DNA of 64,000 nt, taken from a virus. The translations under genes were made by a program, and so were the position numbers. Position 1 is the first letter of the stretch; each line of letters starts with the position of its first letter. Where the stretch lies: the UHGV virus genome UHGV-0203537; one strand, written 5' to 3'. The notes under the pieces are model-generated. The model was not told the origin of the DNA, did no database searches, and was given only the letters and a program-made list of their open reading frames with translations. This document shows, piece by piece, positions 27,417 through 37,663 of this stretch.

Positions 27417-27608
27417 ATGAACGAAATAACCATCACCCTCACACCCGCTGAAATCGAAACACTCATTTATGGTTGTATGGCTGCTATTTCCTACTACTGC
27501 CACGAAGAAAATGAAACTCTCCCATATCGGGAGCTTATACGTAAACTCGAAGCGGCCTTAAAGCACATTAGAAATAACGTGCTTAATCACACTGGAACAA
27601 ATGAATAA
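27417..27608 (+). CDS. hypothetical protein
   Basis: AAAGGAG RBS before ATG 27417. Confidence 0.55.
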   Translation: MNEITITLTPAEIETLIYGCMAAISYYCHEENETLPYRELIRKLEAALKHIRNNVLNHTGTNE

Positions 27609-27668
27609 AGAAATTACTCGACTATCAATCAAAATTTTTATTTTACTACATATTAAGGAGGATTTTCA

Positions 27669-28289
27669 GTGTTAATTGATATTACAAAAATTAAAACAGA
27701 AAACAGAATTCGCAAGGACTTCGGAAATATTCAGGAACTTGCGGATGACATCAAGCAGAACGGGCTTATCAACCCACCTGTTGTGATCGCCGAAACCGAC
27801 GGCACATTTACACTTCTCGCAGGTGAGCGCAGACTTCGAGCCATGAAGTCATTAGGATATCGTCAGGTAGAAGTCAGAACATGGGGTTCTCTCACCGATG
27901 AGCAGAAGCTCAACATCGAGATCAGCGAAAACGAAGTCCGCAAAGATTTCTCAAAGGCAGAGCGAGTTGAATATGCACGCAGGCTTGAAAAAATCGAGAG
28001 CGTGAAGGCAAGGGAAAGAATGGCAACATCGACAGGTGGTGTTAATCCTCAGCTTAGTCAGAATTCTGCCGAAGCTGGACGTACAGATGAAGCATACTTC
28101 TATGTTGAGGCTGTAAACCCCAATATCAATGGTGGTAAGCTTAGATTATGCTGTCCTAAATACGAATATACGGTTGATAATTTGACAGAAGAAGAATATA
28201 TCTTTTTAATAGAATTATTAAAAGAAAGTGATGATAACAATGATTTATTACGAAGTGCCAAAAGGTATGTTTCTCGAGATAGCTATTGA
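27669..28289 (+). CDS. ParB N-terminal domain protein, possibly chimeric or truncated
   Basis: ELADDIKQNGLINPP..LLAGERRLRA..ISENEVRKDF. Confidence 0.8.
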   Translation: MLIDITKIKTENRIRKDFGNIQELADDIKQNGLINPPVVIAETDGTFTLLAGERRLRAMKSLGYRQVEVRTWGSLTDEQKLNIEISENEVRKDFSKAERVEYARRLEKIESVKARERMATSTGGVNPQLSQNSAEAGRTDEAYFYVEAVNPNINGGKLRLCCPKYEYTVDNLTEEEYIFLIELLKESDDNNDLLRSAKRYVSRDSY

Positions 28290-28623
28290 AACTATCCGTA
28301 AAATAGCCGAGCAAACATCTGAGGTCGTTAAAATGAAGTTCAACGGTGTAGAGCTTGATTCTACTATGACTAACGATGAAATAAATAAAAGTTGTCCGTG
28401 GGATGATAAAACAGAATTACTCCCCTGTCCTTTCTGCGGCGGGCGAGCTCGTGCTTATGAATATCAAGAAAGCGATGGTAATTGTTCTCATATAGTTTAT
28501 ATCATACGATGTACAAGCTGTTTGGCATCAACAAGGACATTCAATATAGACGGATATTATGGTAGCACTGATACAATGAGTGGTGCATATAAAGCTTGGA
28601 ACGGGAGGGTCAACAATGCCTGA
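28228..28623 (+). CDS. Lar-family restriction alleviation domain protein
   Basis: LLPCPFCGG..CTSC..AWNGR. Confidence 0.7.
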   Translation: MMITMIYYEVPKGMFLEIAIETIRKIAEQTSEVVKMKFNGVELDSTMTNDEINKSCPWDDKTELLPCPFCGGRARAYEYQESDGNCSHIVYIIRCTSCLASTRTFNIDGYYGSTDTMSGAYKAWNGRVNNA

Positions 28624-29002
28624 TACATATTATAATCCTTTTACTGCACCCAAAAGCGATACTCTTCACTGTCCTTGCTGCGGAGCTCAAATTCCTCAAG
28701 ACAGCACATTTTGTCAATGGTGTGGAGTGGAGATACCTACCGTTAAATTCCTTGATGGGAATATTAAACCATATAAGTTATTTCGTTTTGAAATAACTGT
28801 GCCGAGAAGACAGTTGCTTTATGTAGATGCTATAGAACAATTTTATAAACAAATCGCAATACATCTTGCTGAAAAACTTATTGAAGAAAAAATGATAACA
28901 TTTTATTCAAATTATGATGAAAGCACCAATTCACAAAAACATTATGGCTACGTAGAAGTCATTATTCCCCAAAACAGAAAGGAAGATGTAGGTAATGAAT
29001 GA
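28580..29002 (+). CDS. zinc-ribbon protein
   Basis: CPCCG..FCQWCG. Confidence 0.65.
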   Translation: MVHIKLGTGGSTMPDTYYNPFTAPKSDTLHCPCCGAQIPQDSTFCQWCGVEIPTVKFLDGNIKPYKLFRFEITVPRRQLLYVDAIEQFYKQIAIHLAEKLIEEKMITFYSNYDESTNSQKHYGYVEVIIPQNRKEDVGNE

Positions 29003-29543
29003 TCCAAGCAAGCAAATAGTTAATTGGAAGAACGTCTCAACGACAGAAGAAAAAATTTCCAAGCTTGAAGCCGACTGCAAGGCAATGGCAGCAGAGATTG
29101 AAAAGCTCAAGGCTGAACTTGCTGAAAAGAATGAAACCGTGTGGATACCCCAAAAGGGTGAAAAATATCTGTGTATTTGTAATAATGGCAGAATTGCTTC
29201 ACAAATTTATAACCCATCTTCTATATTTGACATAGAAATAATTGATATGAATGCTAAATTTAAGCCAGTTGCTGGGTGTAAAAAACATCTCGAATGGTAT
29301 CGTGACAACGTTTTGCGTGTCCAGAATAAGCTGATGCAGCTCCACGAGTTATTGTGTCCCGATTGTTTTCCTGATTGGGATACAGGTAAAGAAACATGGA
29401 CTATATATTATGATAATACATATAAGTGTTTTAGTTATACTCTTCAGTGTTCTTGTAATTGGTTTGCCGTTTGTTTTACCAGAGAAGCGGCTGAAAAGGC
29501 TTGTGAAATTTTAAATCGAGAGAAATTTATGATGGAGGAATGA
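28995..29543 (+). CDS. hypothetical phage protein
   Basis: Coupled ORF; FTREAAEKAC motif. Confidence 0.7.
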   Translation: MNDPSKQIVNWKNVSTTEEKISKLEADCKAMAAEIEKLKAELAEKNETVWIPQKGEKYLCICNNGRIASQIYNPSSIFDIEIIDMNAKFKPVAGCKKHLEWYRDNVLRVQNKLMQLHELLCPDCFPDWDTGKETWTIYYDNTYKCFSYTLQCSCNWFAVCFTREAAEKACEILNREKFMMEE

Positions 29544-29547
29544 TACT

Positions 29548-30573
29548 ATGACAATAAATGAAATCAAATCTACACTCCGCAGCTCTGAATACGGTTTCCT
29601 CTCGGATAACTCACACCTTGGCTCCAATGTCATCTTGCTGACAGTTGGTGGTTCCCACGCTTACGGAACTGATACACCCACCAGTGACTTAGATATCCGT
29701 GGCTGTACTCTGAACACTCCAAGAGAGCTGCTTACCAGTGAGAACTTTGAGCAGTTCGTAAATGAGGAGACCGACACCACGATATATTCATTCAACAAGC
29801 TGGTCTCACTTCTTACCAACTGCAACCCAAACACCATCGAGATGCTGGGAAACAAGCCAGAGCATTATTTCTATATCTCCCCTATCGGCAAGGAGCTTCT
29901 TGACAACGTTAATCTGTTTCTTTCCCAGAAGGCGGCGTACAGCTTCGGCGGATATGCAACTGCGCAGCTTCGCCGTCTTGAAAACAAAGCCAACCGTCTC
30001 GTTGGTCAGGAGCAGCTGGAGCAGTATATCTACAACACACTGTCTCACGTTGCCGAAGACTTTGAAGAAAAATACGGTATTCCCGCAGGCCAGCTTCGAC
30101 TGTATATTGACAAGGCTGTAAGTCCTGATATGGAAACCGAGATTTTCATGGACACTAACCTGACCCACTATCCCATCAGAGACTATGCTGGAATGTGGGA
30201 CGAAATGAAGAGTATCATCAAGTCTTACAATAACATCGGATGCCGCAATAACAAGGCTATCGAAAACGGAAAGCTTGGCAAACATATGATGCACTTGATT
30301 CGCCTGTATCTTATGTGTATTGATATCCTTGAGGGACGAGGCGTAATAACATACCGTGAGAAGGATCATGACCTGCTGATGGATGTCCGCAACGGCAAGT
30401 ACCTTGATGAAAATCAGCAGCCCACTCCCGAGTTCTATGAGATGATAGACGAATATGAAAAGAAATATCAGTATGCGAAAGAACATACTGAACTCCCACC
30501 TAAGCCAAACTACAAGGCAATAAATGATTTTGTTCAGAACGTCAATGAAAGAGTGATAAAAAATGAAGTATAA
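29548..30573 (+). CDS. Pol beta-superfamily nucleotidyltransferase (RlaP/YcgL-like)
   Basis: GGSHAYGT..SDLDIRG, NPNTIEML, KHMMHLIRL. Confidence 0.88.
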   Translation: MTINEIKSTLRSSEYGFLSDNSHLGSNVILLTVGGSHAYGTDTPTSDLDIRGCTLNTPRELLTSENFEQFVNEETDTTIYSFNKLVSLLTNCNPNTIEMLGNKPEHYFYISPIGKELLDNVNLFLSQKAAYSFGGYATAQLRRLENKANRLVGQEQLEQYIYNTLSHVAEDFEEKYGIPAGQLRLYIDKAVSPDMETEIFMDTNLTHYPIRDYAGMWDEMKSIIKSYNNIGCRNNKAIENGKLGKHMMHLIRLYLMCIDILEGRGVITYREKDHDLLMDVRNGKYLDENQQPTPEFYEMIDEYEKKYQYAKEHTELPPKPNYKAINDFVQNVNERVIKNEV

Positions 30574-31903
30574 AATTGATATGCCACCCAATGCAAATGT
30601 AATCATTCATGCACTTCAAAATGCAGGTTACAAGGCATATATCGTTGGCGGCTGCGTCAGAGACAGTGTAATAAACAGATTTCCTCATGACTGGGATATA
30701 TGCACTTCTGCGAGACCGGAGCAAATGTTTGAAGTGTTTAAAGATTACCGTGTTATCGAGACGGGGTTGCAGCACGGCACGGTAACAATAATCATTGATG
30801 GCGAGCAGTATGAATGCACCTCGTTTCGTATCGACGGGGTGTATTCCGACAATCGCAGACCTGACAGTGTGACGTTTGTTGATGACCTTACAGAAGACTT
30901 AAGACGTCGAGATTTTACGATCAATGCAATGGCATACAATGACGAAGAAGGTCTTATTGATCCGTTTGACGGAATGGGTGATATAAAGCGTGGCATAATC
31001 AAATGCGTTGGGAATGCGGCAGACAGATTCAATGAAGATGCTCTCAGAATACTTAGAGCTATTCGATTTGCTGCGCAGCTGGATTTTGCTATTGAAAAGA
31101 ATACATCTTTTGAATTATGCAGGCAGAGAGAGTTTTTGGCAAACGTGTCCGCTGAAAGAATTACCGGTGAATTCAATAAAATCGTTATATCCGATCGATT
31201 TGCCGGAATGTTGATAAAATATCTGGATATATTCGAGCAGTTTATTCCAGAGCTTGAGGATATGAATAACTTTCCGCAGAATAACCCCCATCATATATAT
31301 GACGTACTTATTCATACGTTTTATACAGTAATATCCTGTCAGAACGATCTTATCCTTCGATTAGCGGCATTATTCCATGATATCGGGAAACCTCATTCAT
31401 ACCAAGACGAAGCTGACGGTATCAGGCATTTTGTAGGACACAATATTGTCGGGGCGGATATGACAGATAAAATCATGAGGCGCTTGAAGTATGACAACAA
31501 TACCCGAAATGCTGTTGTCCAGCTGGTGCTATATCACGATTCTTCGTTTATTGCAAAACCATCAGCTGTTAAACGCTGGCTGAATAAAGTGGGAGAAATC
31601 CAACTAAAGCGTCTCATCGATCTTCGCAGGGCTGATATTGAAGGTCAAAGAGTTTTTTATGATAGGGAAAAAATGAGAAAAATTGATGATTTCGCAAATG
31701 TTTTAAACCAAGTTCTTGAAGAACAGCAGTGCTTTTCTCTGAAGGATCTCGCAATCAATGGGGATGATCTTATTGCCTTGGGTTTTGTTCCGGGCAAGGA
31801 ATTAGGAGAAGTGCTCACAGGGTTGTTAAACTCCGTAACAGATGACGCTCTTCCAAACGATAGGGAAACGCTTTTAAAGGAGGCTCAGAAATGGCTCAAG
31901 TAA
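30563..31903 (+). CDS. cca: tRNA nucleotidyltransferase (CCA-adding class II) with HD domain
   Basis: VGGCVRD..DWDI, RRDFTINA, EDALRILR, LFHDIGK. Confidence 0.9.
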   Translation: MKYKIDMPPNANVIIHALQNAGYKAYIVGGCVRDSVINRFPHDWDICTSARPEQMFEVFKDYRVIETGLQHGTVTIIIDGEQYECTSFRIDGVYSDNRRPDSVTFVDDLTEDLRRRDFTINAMAYNDEEGLIDPFDGMGDIKRGIIKCVGNAADRFNEDALRILRAIRFAAQLDFAIEKNTSFELCRQREFLANVSAERITGEFNKIVISDRFAGMLIKYLDIFEQFIPELEDMNNFPQNNPHHIYDVLIHTFYTVISCQNDLILRLAALFHDIGKPHSYQDEADGIRHFVGHNIVGADMTDKIMRRLKYDNNTRNAVVQLVLYHDSSFIAKPSAVKRWLNKVGEIQLKRLIDLRRADIEGQRVFYDREKMRKIDDFANVLNQVLEEQQCFSLKDLAINGDDLIALGFVPGKELGEVLTGLLNSVTDDALPNDRETLLKEAQKWLK

Positions 31904-32625
31904 CCACATTTGACAACATTTATATCACGGGTGATAAGCACGGGGATTTCTCGGGGCTTATGCGATTCTGTGACCAGCAAGGCACCACCCGTAACGACCT
32001 GATAATAGTTCTTGGAGATGCGGGCGTTAACTATTACCGAAATGGACGTGATCAGAGGCTAAAAGAAATGCTCGCCCAGTCCCCTATCACACTGCTATGC
32101 GTTCATGGCAACCACGAAGAGAGACCTGAGAACATCTCTACATATACCGAGACGGAATTTTGTGGGGATACGGCTTACTACGAACCCAAATATCCAAATC
32201 TGATTTTTGCCAAGGATGGCAGCATTTACAAGCTTAACGGCGCTAAGACATTGATTCTCGGCGGTGCATATTCGGTGGACAAGTATTACAGGCTGATGAA
32301 AGGCTGGAACTGGTTCGAGTCAGAGCAGATTACAGATAAGCGTAAGGCTGAGATAGAGCAAATACTCGACAAAGCCGGATGGGGCGTTGACTACGTGCTG
32401 TCTCATACCTGTCCTTATGATACGAGACCCACACACCTTTTCCTGAGAGGTATTGACCAGTCCCTCGTGGACAGCTCTATGGAAGTCTGGTTTCAGAAGA
32501 TTGCCGACAGGCTTGACTTCAAGCACTGGTATTTTGGACATTATCACGACGACTGGGATAATGGAAAATATTCAATGCTTTACGGCGATATTGAAAAGTT
32601 TCCGTATGAGCCGGCGGATGAATGA
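31891..32625 (+). CDS. calcineurin-like metallophosphoesterase
   Basis: GDKHG, LGD, GNHE, SHT, GHYH. Confidence 0.9.
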   Translation: MAQVTTFDNIYITGDKHGDFSGLMRFCDQQGTTRNDLIIVLGDAGVNYYRNGRDQRLKEMLAQSPITLLCVHGNHEERPENISTYTETEFCGDTAYYEPKYPNLIFAKDGSIYKLNGAKTLILGGAYSVDKYYRLMKGWNWFESEQITDKRKAEIEQILDKAGWGVDYVLSHTCPYDTRPTHLFLRGIDQSLVDSSMEVWFQKIADRLDFKHWYFGHYHDDWDNGKYSMLYGDIEKFPYEPADE

Positions 32626-32680
32626 GGTAAGATTTATGCGCACGAAAATACAAGAGTTATTAACGGAAAGGAGTGGCTGT

Positions 32681-32950
32681 ATGACAAATAATGAGATCGA
32701 CAATCTCATAAGCCTTTTGCAGCGAGCACAGGCCACTATAAATCATATGGCAGCTGATCTCAATGAGCATGACCTCGACTGTTACTATTGCGCTCATTTC
32801 CCAGATGGCGGAGACGGCAAGTGCCCTATGTATTCAGACGATGGCAGCAATGGTTGGTGTCATTTCAGATGGAGGTTTGCTGATGAGATAGACAGTGCGG
32901 TCGAAAAGCTTCAGGCAGAATTAGAAAGCCCGGAAACTTTAGAGGTATAA
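32681..32950 (+). CDS. hypothetical Cys-containing protein
   Basis: AAAGGAG RBS before MTNNE, within ORF 32453..32950. Confidence 0.55.
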   Translation: MTNNEIDNLISLLQRAQATINHMAADLNEHDLDCYYCAHFPDGGDGKCPMYSDDGSNGWCHFRWRFADEIDSAVEKLQAELESPETLEV

Positions 32951-32951
32951 A

Positions 32952-33146
32952 ATGAATAAGACATTATATTATATTGCAGAAGAAGTCAGTGAATTGCTTA
33001 AATGCTCGATAGAAAAAGCAGTCGCTATAGTTGAACAATCGTTTCTTCCAATCTTGCTCGAAAAAATTCCTGACTATATTCAACATTACACTGCAGATTA
33101 TTGGGCGGTTCAGATAGTCGCAGATTATACGGAAGGAGATAATTAA
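32952..33146 (+). CDS. hypothetical protein
   Basis: Coupled ORF. Confidence 0.55.
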   Translation: MNKTLYYIAEEVSELLKCSIEKAVAIVEQSFLPILLEKIPDYIQHYTADYWAVQIVADYTEGDN

Positions 33147-33257
33147 ATGTTTTGGATAGGTTTTGTAATCGGGATGTTTGCAGGCAGCTGTGCGCTTGCA
33201 GCTATAGCGTGTGTATTTGCATCAAGGGATGAGGAGGATAATAATGAGACACATTGA
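33147..33257 (+). CDS. small single-TM peptide
   Basis: AAGGAG RBS; MFWIGFVIGMFAG hydrophobic helix. Confidence 0.55.
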   Translation: MFWIGFVIGMFAGSCALAAIACVFASRDEEDNNETH

Positions 33258-33522
33258 AAATATTGTCATCGGGACGCCTATTGCGGATCCTGCTGAAATA
33301 TTTGCCGCAAACAGCGACGATTGGATCGGTAGCGAGTCCGAGAAAACATATTATACCGATGAAAGATATTTGCCTAAAATCTTTATAGAATTAGGCATTT
33401 ATCCATCGGTCAGCGAGATAAGGCGCAATAAGCCTGAACTGATTCGAACTTTAGACACCGTGGACTTTATAGAAATAAAGCCCAAGAAGAAATTTCCTTT
33501 ATGGATACTGATAGGAGGATAA
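33211..33522 (+). CDS. hypothetical protein (S4-like fragment possible)
   Basis: ELGIYPSVSEIRRN; likely start MRHIE. Confidence 0.6.
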   Translation: MYLHQGMRRIIMRHIENIVIGTPIADPAEIFAANSDDWIGSESEKTYYTDERYLPKIFIELGIYPSVSEIRRNKPELIRTLDTVDFIEIKPKKKFPLWILIGG

Positions 33523-33743
33523 TAATAATGATGATAACAATTAACTCAAAGAATGACATTACACTGATGGATATATCTGAAGGTAATATGTTCTCATATA
33601 AAAATCAATATTATATTAAAAGCAGTAAGTGTGAGTTTGGTATGCGTTACATCTGCATCAATATTATGACAGGAAAGATTGTAGAGATGGATTCATGCAC
33701 AACCGTTCGAAGCGTTGATGCAAAAATTCATATTTATGAATGA
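33501..33743 (+). CDS. hypothetical protein
   Basis: AGGAGG RBS. Confidence 0.55.
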   Translation: MDTDRRIIIMMITINSKNDITLMDISEGNMFSYKNQYYIKSSKCEFGMRYICINIMTGKIVEMDSCTTVRSVDAKIHIYE

Positions 33744-33752
33744 GGTGATATT

Positions 33753-34127
33753 ATGAACGCCGTATTCACCCTTTTGCTGATGATATTTCTGCATATTGTT
33801 GATGATTACTATTTACAAGGTGTTCTTGCAAATATGAAACAGAAGCAATGGTGGCAGGACAATGCTCCGGCTTCGCTTTATAGATATGATTATATTGCTG
33901 CTCTTATAATGCACTCGATGAGCTGGGCGTTTATGATAATGCTGCCGATTGCGATAAAAATGAGTTTTGATGTCGGCGGATTGTTTATTGGTGTTTGGAT
34001 AGTCAATGCAATTATTCACGGAGTAGTTGATGACTTGAAGGCTAATAAGCACAAGATAAATTTGATACAGGATCAGAGCGTACATATGGTTCAAATAGTT
34101 CTGGCTGTAATAATTTTTATGAGGTGA
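33753..34127 (+). CDS. DUF3307-like membrane protein
   Basis: HIVDDYYLQ, H..DDLK and DQSVH motifs. Confidence 0.75.
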   Translation: MNAVFTLLLMIFLHIVDDYYLQGVLANMKQKQWWQDNAPASLYRYDYIAALIMHSMSWAFMIMLPIAIKMSFDVGGLFIGVWIVNAIIHGVVDDLKANKHKINLIQDQSVHMVQIVLAVIIFMR

Positions 34128-34131
34128 TACT

Positions 34132-34425
34132 ATGGCATACAACACAATACCTGATGGTATGACGTTTGGGACAGAATTTTCCACTTGGATAATAGCATTC
34201 TGCCCTGACTCTGACTCATGGTTTGTAACTAATCAGAGATTTTGGTGGTATGAATATCCTATAGAGTTTCAAAGCGAACAAGAGGGTATTTACTACTTTG
34301 TTAGTAATTATCAACTTTTTGACAAATTAGAAAACGAAATGGAAATACAAAGATATGAAAAAGGAACCGTATTTCTTGAAAATACAAGAAGTATTTATGG
34401 TAAACCCAAGGAAAATGGAGGCTAA
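34132..34425 (+). CDS. hypothetical protein
   Basis: GAGGTG RBS. Confidence 0.6.
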   Translation: MAYNTIPDGMTFGTEFSTWIIAFCPDSDSWFVTNQRFWWYEYPIEFQSEQEGIYYFVSNYQLFDKLENEMEIQRYEKGTVFLENTRSIYGKPKENGG

Positions 34426-34428
34426 GAA

Positions 34429-34704
34429 ATGAAAATTAATTACATATTAGCAGGCTGTGTGATTGCGGTGGGAATGTTGGCAGTAGGAGCAATAGCACTG
34501 GGAATATCTACAGAGCGCAGTAAATCACAAAACAACACCATTGAAAATCCTATGGTAAAATTATATGAGGATTCTAATAGCACTATTTGGTACGACGAGG
34601 ATACAATGGTAATGTATTATGAACGTAACTGTACTTATTGCGTCGAAATAACCGTTATGGTTAACGCCGATGGAACTCCAAAGCTGTATAAAGAAGAAAA
34701 CTAA
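34429..34704 (+). CDS. membrane-anchored small protein
   Basis: Signal/TM segment; DEDTMVMYY..MVNADGTPKLY. Confidence 0.7.
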   Translation: MKINYILAGCVIAVGMLAVGAIALGISTERSKSQNNTIENPMVKLYEDSNSTIWYDEDTMVMYYERNCTYCVEITVMVNADGTPKLYKEEN

Positions 34705-34729
34705 AGACATATTAGAAAGGATAATAACA

Positions 34730-35737
34730 ATGAATGAAGTAACACCAACAACCGCAATCGCCATCTATCAGAACAGCGAATTTGGTCAGATAAGGACAAT
34801 GACAATCAACGGGGAACCTTGGTTCGTGGGAAAAGATGTGGCTGAAATATTGGGATACAGCAATCCAAATGAAGCTATTTCAGATCATATAGATGATGAT
34901 GACAAACTCAATAGCAAAACGCTATCGAGTTGTCAAATAAATTTAGGACAACGTGGCGGATGGATTATCAACGAATCAGGTCTCTATTCCCTCATTCTCT
35001 CCAGCAAGCTGCCCACAGCAAAGCAGTTCAAGCGCTGGGTGACATCGGAGGTGCTGCCTGCAATCCGCAAAACAGGTGGCTATGGGGTTGCCAATGATCG
35101 GGTTCTTGCCGAAATCGCTGCCCTCAGAGCCGAGCTGGAAGCGACCCGAAAGACTGCTCTCTATGCTGCCCGCTCCGTTGCACAGCCGCCTGATTATCGT
35201 ATTCAGTATAATAGCATAGCTCCAGTCCTGACAAATCTGCAAAAGCTTTTAGGCAAAGAATCTCACAAGGAAGTGCTTTCTTACATATATGATACGATGG
35301 AGCAGCACGGTGGATTTAGTCGTCAGTTCGCTATGAACCGCCTGAAAAGCAAATACCCTACATATTACGTTGGAGACAAAACACCATCTATTATCAACAG
35401 TATTATTGAATTTCCTGATTATTATGCTCATTTTATGAAAGTAGCGGCAACGATTGAAAAGAACTGCACAGCGCCTGTTATTTCTGTGTCATCTGTTCAG
35501 ACAAACGCTGATAAAATTTCCGAAGCTATAGCGCCTCTTATTGCCAAAAGAAATGACCATAGCGCACATGGCATTCGTACATACAGTATTGTTTATGGAA
35601 CAATGGGTACTAAGGCAAGCTGGAGCCAGCTTATGAGAAGATGCGGCGCAAGAACCAAGAAAGAAGTTATTCTTGCTCGTCCTGATAAGTATGAGCTTTT
35701 CTGCGAGTGTATAGAAAAACTGATGAATGAAATATAA
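34730..35737 (+). CDS. BRO-N domain antirepressor-like protein
   Basis: EFGQIRT..EPWFVGKDVA..INESGLYSLILSSKLP.AKQFKRWVTSEVLP. Confidence 0.9.
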   Translation: MNEVTPTTAIAIYQNSEFGQIRTMTINGEPWFVGKDVAEILGYSNPNEAISDHIDDDDKLNSKTLSSCQINLGQRGGWIINESGLYSLILSSKLPTAKQFKRWVTSEVLPAIRKTGGYGVANDRVLAEIAALRAELEATRKTALYAARSVAQPPDYRIQYNSIAPVLTNLQKLLGKESHKEVLSYIYDTMEQHGGFSRQFAMNRLKSKYPTYYVGDKTPSIINSIIEFPDYYAHFMKVAATIEKNCTAPVISVSSVQTNADKISEAIAPLIAKRNDHSAHGIRTYSIVYGTMGTKASWSQLMRRCGARTKKEVILARPDKYELFCECIEKLMNEI

Positions 35738-35758
35738 GTACAGAAAGGATAATTGTAA

Positions 35759-36400
35759 ATGTATTACATAGGTACAGGCAATAAGTACATTGCCACTAAA
35801 TCTGATGGATATATGTTTGTAACAGAAGATCTTAGCAAAGCAAGACGATATTCTACTGCTCAGAGAGCAGGACAGGCTCTTGTATCGCTACCTCGTAGAT
35901 TCTACAATATTAGCACTCAGTGGTCTGTAAGACAGGATATTGTAGAAGATAATGAGCTACAGGGAGAGACTCAGAGCAAGATAGAACAGCAAACAGTGGA
36001 TCGTGAGCCTGATGAAACAGTCGATGTCATAGAAACATTTGATAATGATGAGATTGATTATCTTACATTATTTGATGAAATGGCTGAACTAAAGACAAGA
36101 AAGAACGGATGTTTATCGAAGCTTCAGGGAAGATTATCTGAAATAAATGAGGAAATAACAGACATAGAACATCTGATTGAGTTTAGTAAGTTTAACGTGT
36201 CTGATGCTTATGCTGCCTATAAAATGCTGAGAGATACACTGCAGGAGAGGCGTAAAATCAAAGATAACATAATAGCTGTGAAAAGCTTGTACGATAACTG
36301 TAATGTAAATAAGTTGTCCGAAGATCACAAACAGCTGGAGAACAGAGTTTACAAGCCGAGAAGATTGACCAAGTTGTTTGATGAAATCAGTAACAAGTAA
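35759..36400 (+). CDS. hypothetical coiled-coil phage protein
   Basis: EITDIEHLIEF..ERRKIKD..YKPR. Confidence 0.7.
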   Translation: MYYIGTGNKYIATKSDGYMFVTEDLSKARRYSTAQRAGQALVSLPRRFYNISTQWSVRQDIVEDNELQGETQSKIEQQTVDREPDETVDVIETFDNDEIDYLTLFDEMAELKTRKNGCLSKLQGRLSEINEEITDIEHLIEFSKFNVSDAYAAYKMLRDTLQERRKIKDNIIAVKSLYDNCNVNKLSEDHKQLENRVYKPRRLTKLFDEISNK

Positions 36401-36639
36401 ACTACTTTGCAGCAGGAAACAAGTTGCAGTGGGAATGCAGCGTAATGAACTTACGTTCATTCCACTGGTCGTGACGTTTCACGTCCCGACTCTTAAAGAT
36501 TCCCTTTTCTCCCAACGACAAGAGAGGAAGTGATTCCGATGTGGTAGCTGATCGTATGAAGTAAGGTATAAAGAACAATGTAATTTTGCTTCAAAAAAGT
36601 GCCTTTTTGCCTGTTCCTGCCTAACAAAAACGCAATTTT

Positions 36640-36693
36640 AAAAAGGTCACAATTTGACGAGAAATCGGGCAAAAAAGGCCACAATTTGACGAG
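36640..36693 (+). repeat. two 22-bp direct repeats (iteron-like)
   Basis: AAAAAGGYCACAATTTGACGAG at 36640 and 36672. Confidence 0.75.
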
Positions 36694-36727
36694 GTGACTT
36701 ATTTGAAACTATTGAGGAGGAATTTTT

Positions 36728-37663
36728 ATAGGATCGTATATAGATGTAAATACAGGAGAAATGTTTGATGATGCAATATTGATCACCAAAGAACAGAAAG
36801 AAGTCAGAAAACAATATGCCGAAAATAATGAGCAAGTAGAATGTTTTAAATATTTGACAAGAAAAGAGCAGTTTGTCATGTACTTATTTAATATTCATAA
36901 GTCTATGACGGACTTGTCTCCTCAGACTGCAATCAGATTGGTATATCTTTCAACTTTTTTGGAATATGATGGGAAATTCCTAAAATCCAATGGGAAATAT
37001 ATAACCCGAGAAAAAATGCAGAACTTAATGGTGTTAAAACCAACAACATTTAAAAAGTTTTTAGCTGAAGTAGTATCAGCAGGATATTTGATCAAAGAGA
37101 AAAAGCTTTACAAGCTTAACACTGATCATTTTTACAGAGGAGAGCTTTCGATAGATTCGTCTGACAAGAAGCAGAGATACGTTCGTGTTTACATAAATAA
37201 TTTGAGGAAATTATATTTGTCTGTCCCTCAGAACAAGCACGTATATCTTGGGTATATATTTCAACTCATTCCCTACATAAATCGTGAATGGAATGTAATT
37301 TGTTATAACCCTGAAGAAACAGACGAAGATGCAATAATCCCTATGAGCGTCGGAGACTTTTGTGAATTGGTAGGATATGACAGAACCAATGCGGCTCGTT
37401 TCATGAGAGAATATCGAGACATTAAGTTTGATTGGAACGGTTATAATCAAAGTTTCTTAGGATACTTTTATAATTACGAAGATGATAAAGCTGATATGAG
37501 ATTCTTTGCCAATCCGAATATCTTCTTTGCAGGAAACGATTATAATCGTGTAAAAATACTGAAGATAGCCTTCACACAAAAAAGGGACTATATAGAGCCT
37601 ATATCGGATCCGAATCAGTCTGTAGATGATTTTGACTGTCCGGATAGGTGGGATCTTTATTAA
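36728..37663 (+). CDS. RepL-like/winged-HTH replication-type protein (probable ATA start; ATG alternative at 36761)
   Basis: In-frame IDVNTGE upstream of the ATG, GAGGAGG RBS; LIPYIN..NVICYNP and FANPNIFFAG. Confidence 0.6.
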   Translation: MGSYIDVNTGEMFDDAILITKEQKEVRKQYAENNEQVECFKYLTRKEQFVMYLFNIHKSMTDLSPQTAIRLVYLSTFLEYDGKFLKSNGKYITREKMQNLMVLKPTTFKKFLAEVVSAGYLIKEKKLYKLNTDHFYRGELSIDSSDKKQRYVRVYINNLRKLYLSVPQNKHVYLGYIFQLIPYINREWNVICYNPEETDEDAIIPMSVGDFCELVGYDRTNAARFMREYRDIKFDWNGYNQSFLGYFYNYEDDKADMRFFANPNIFFAGNDYNRVKILKIAFTQKRDYIEPISDPNQSVDDFDCPDRWDLY

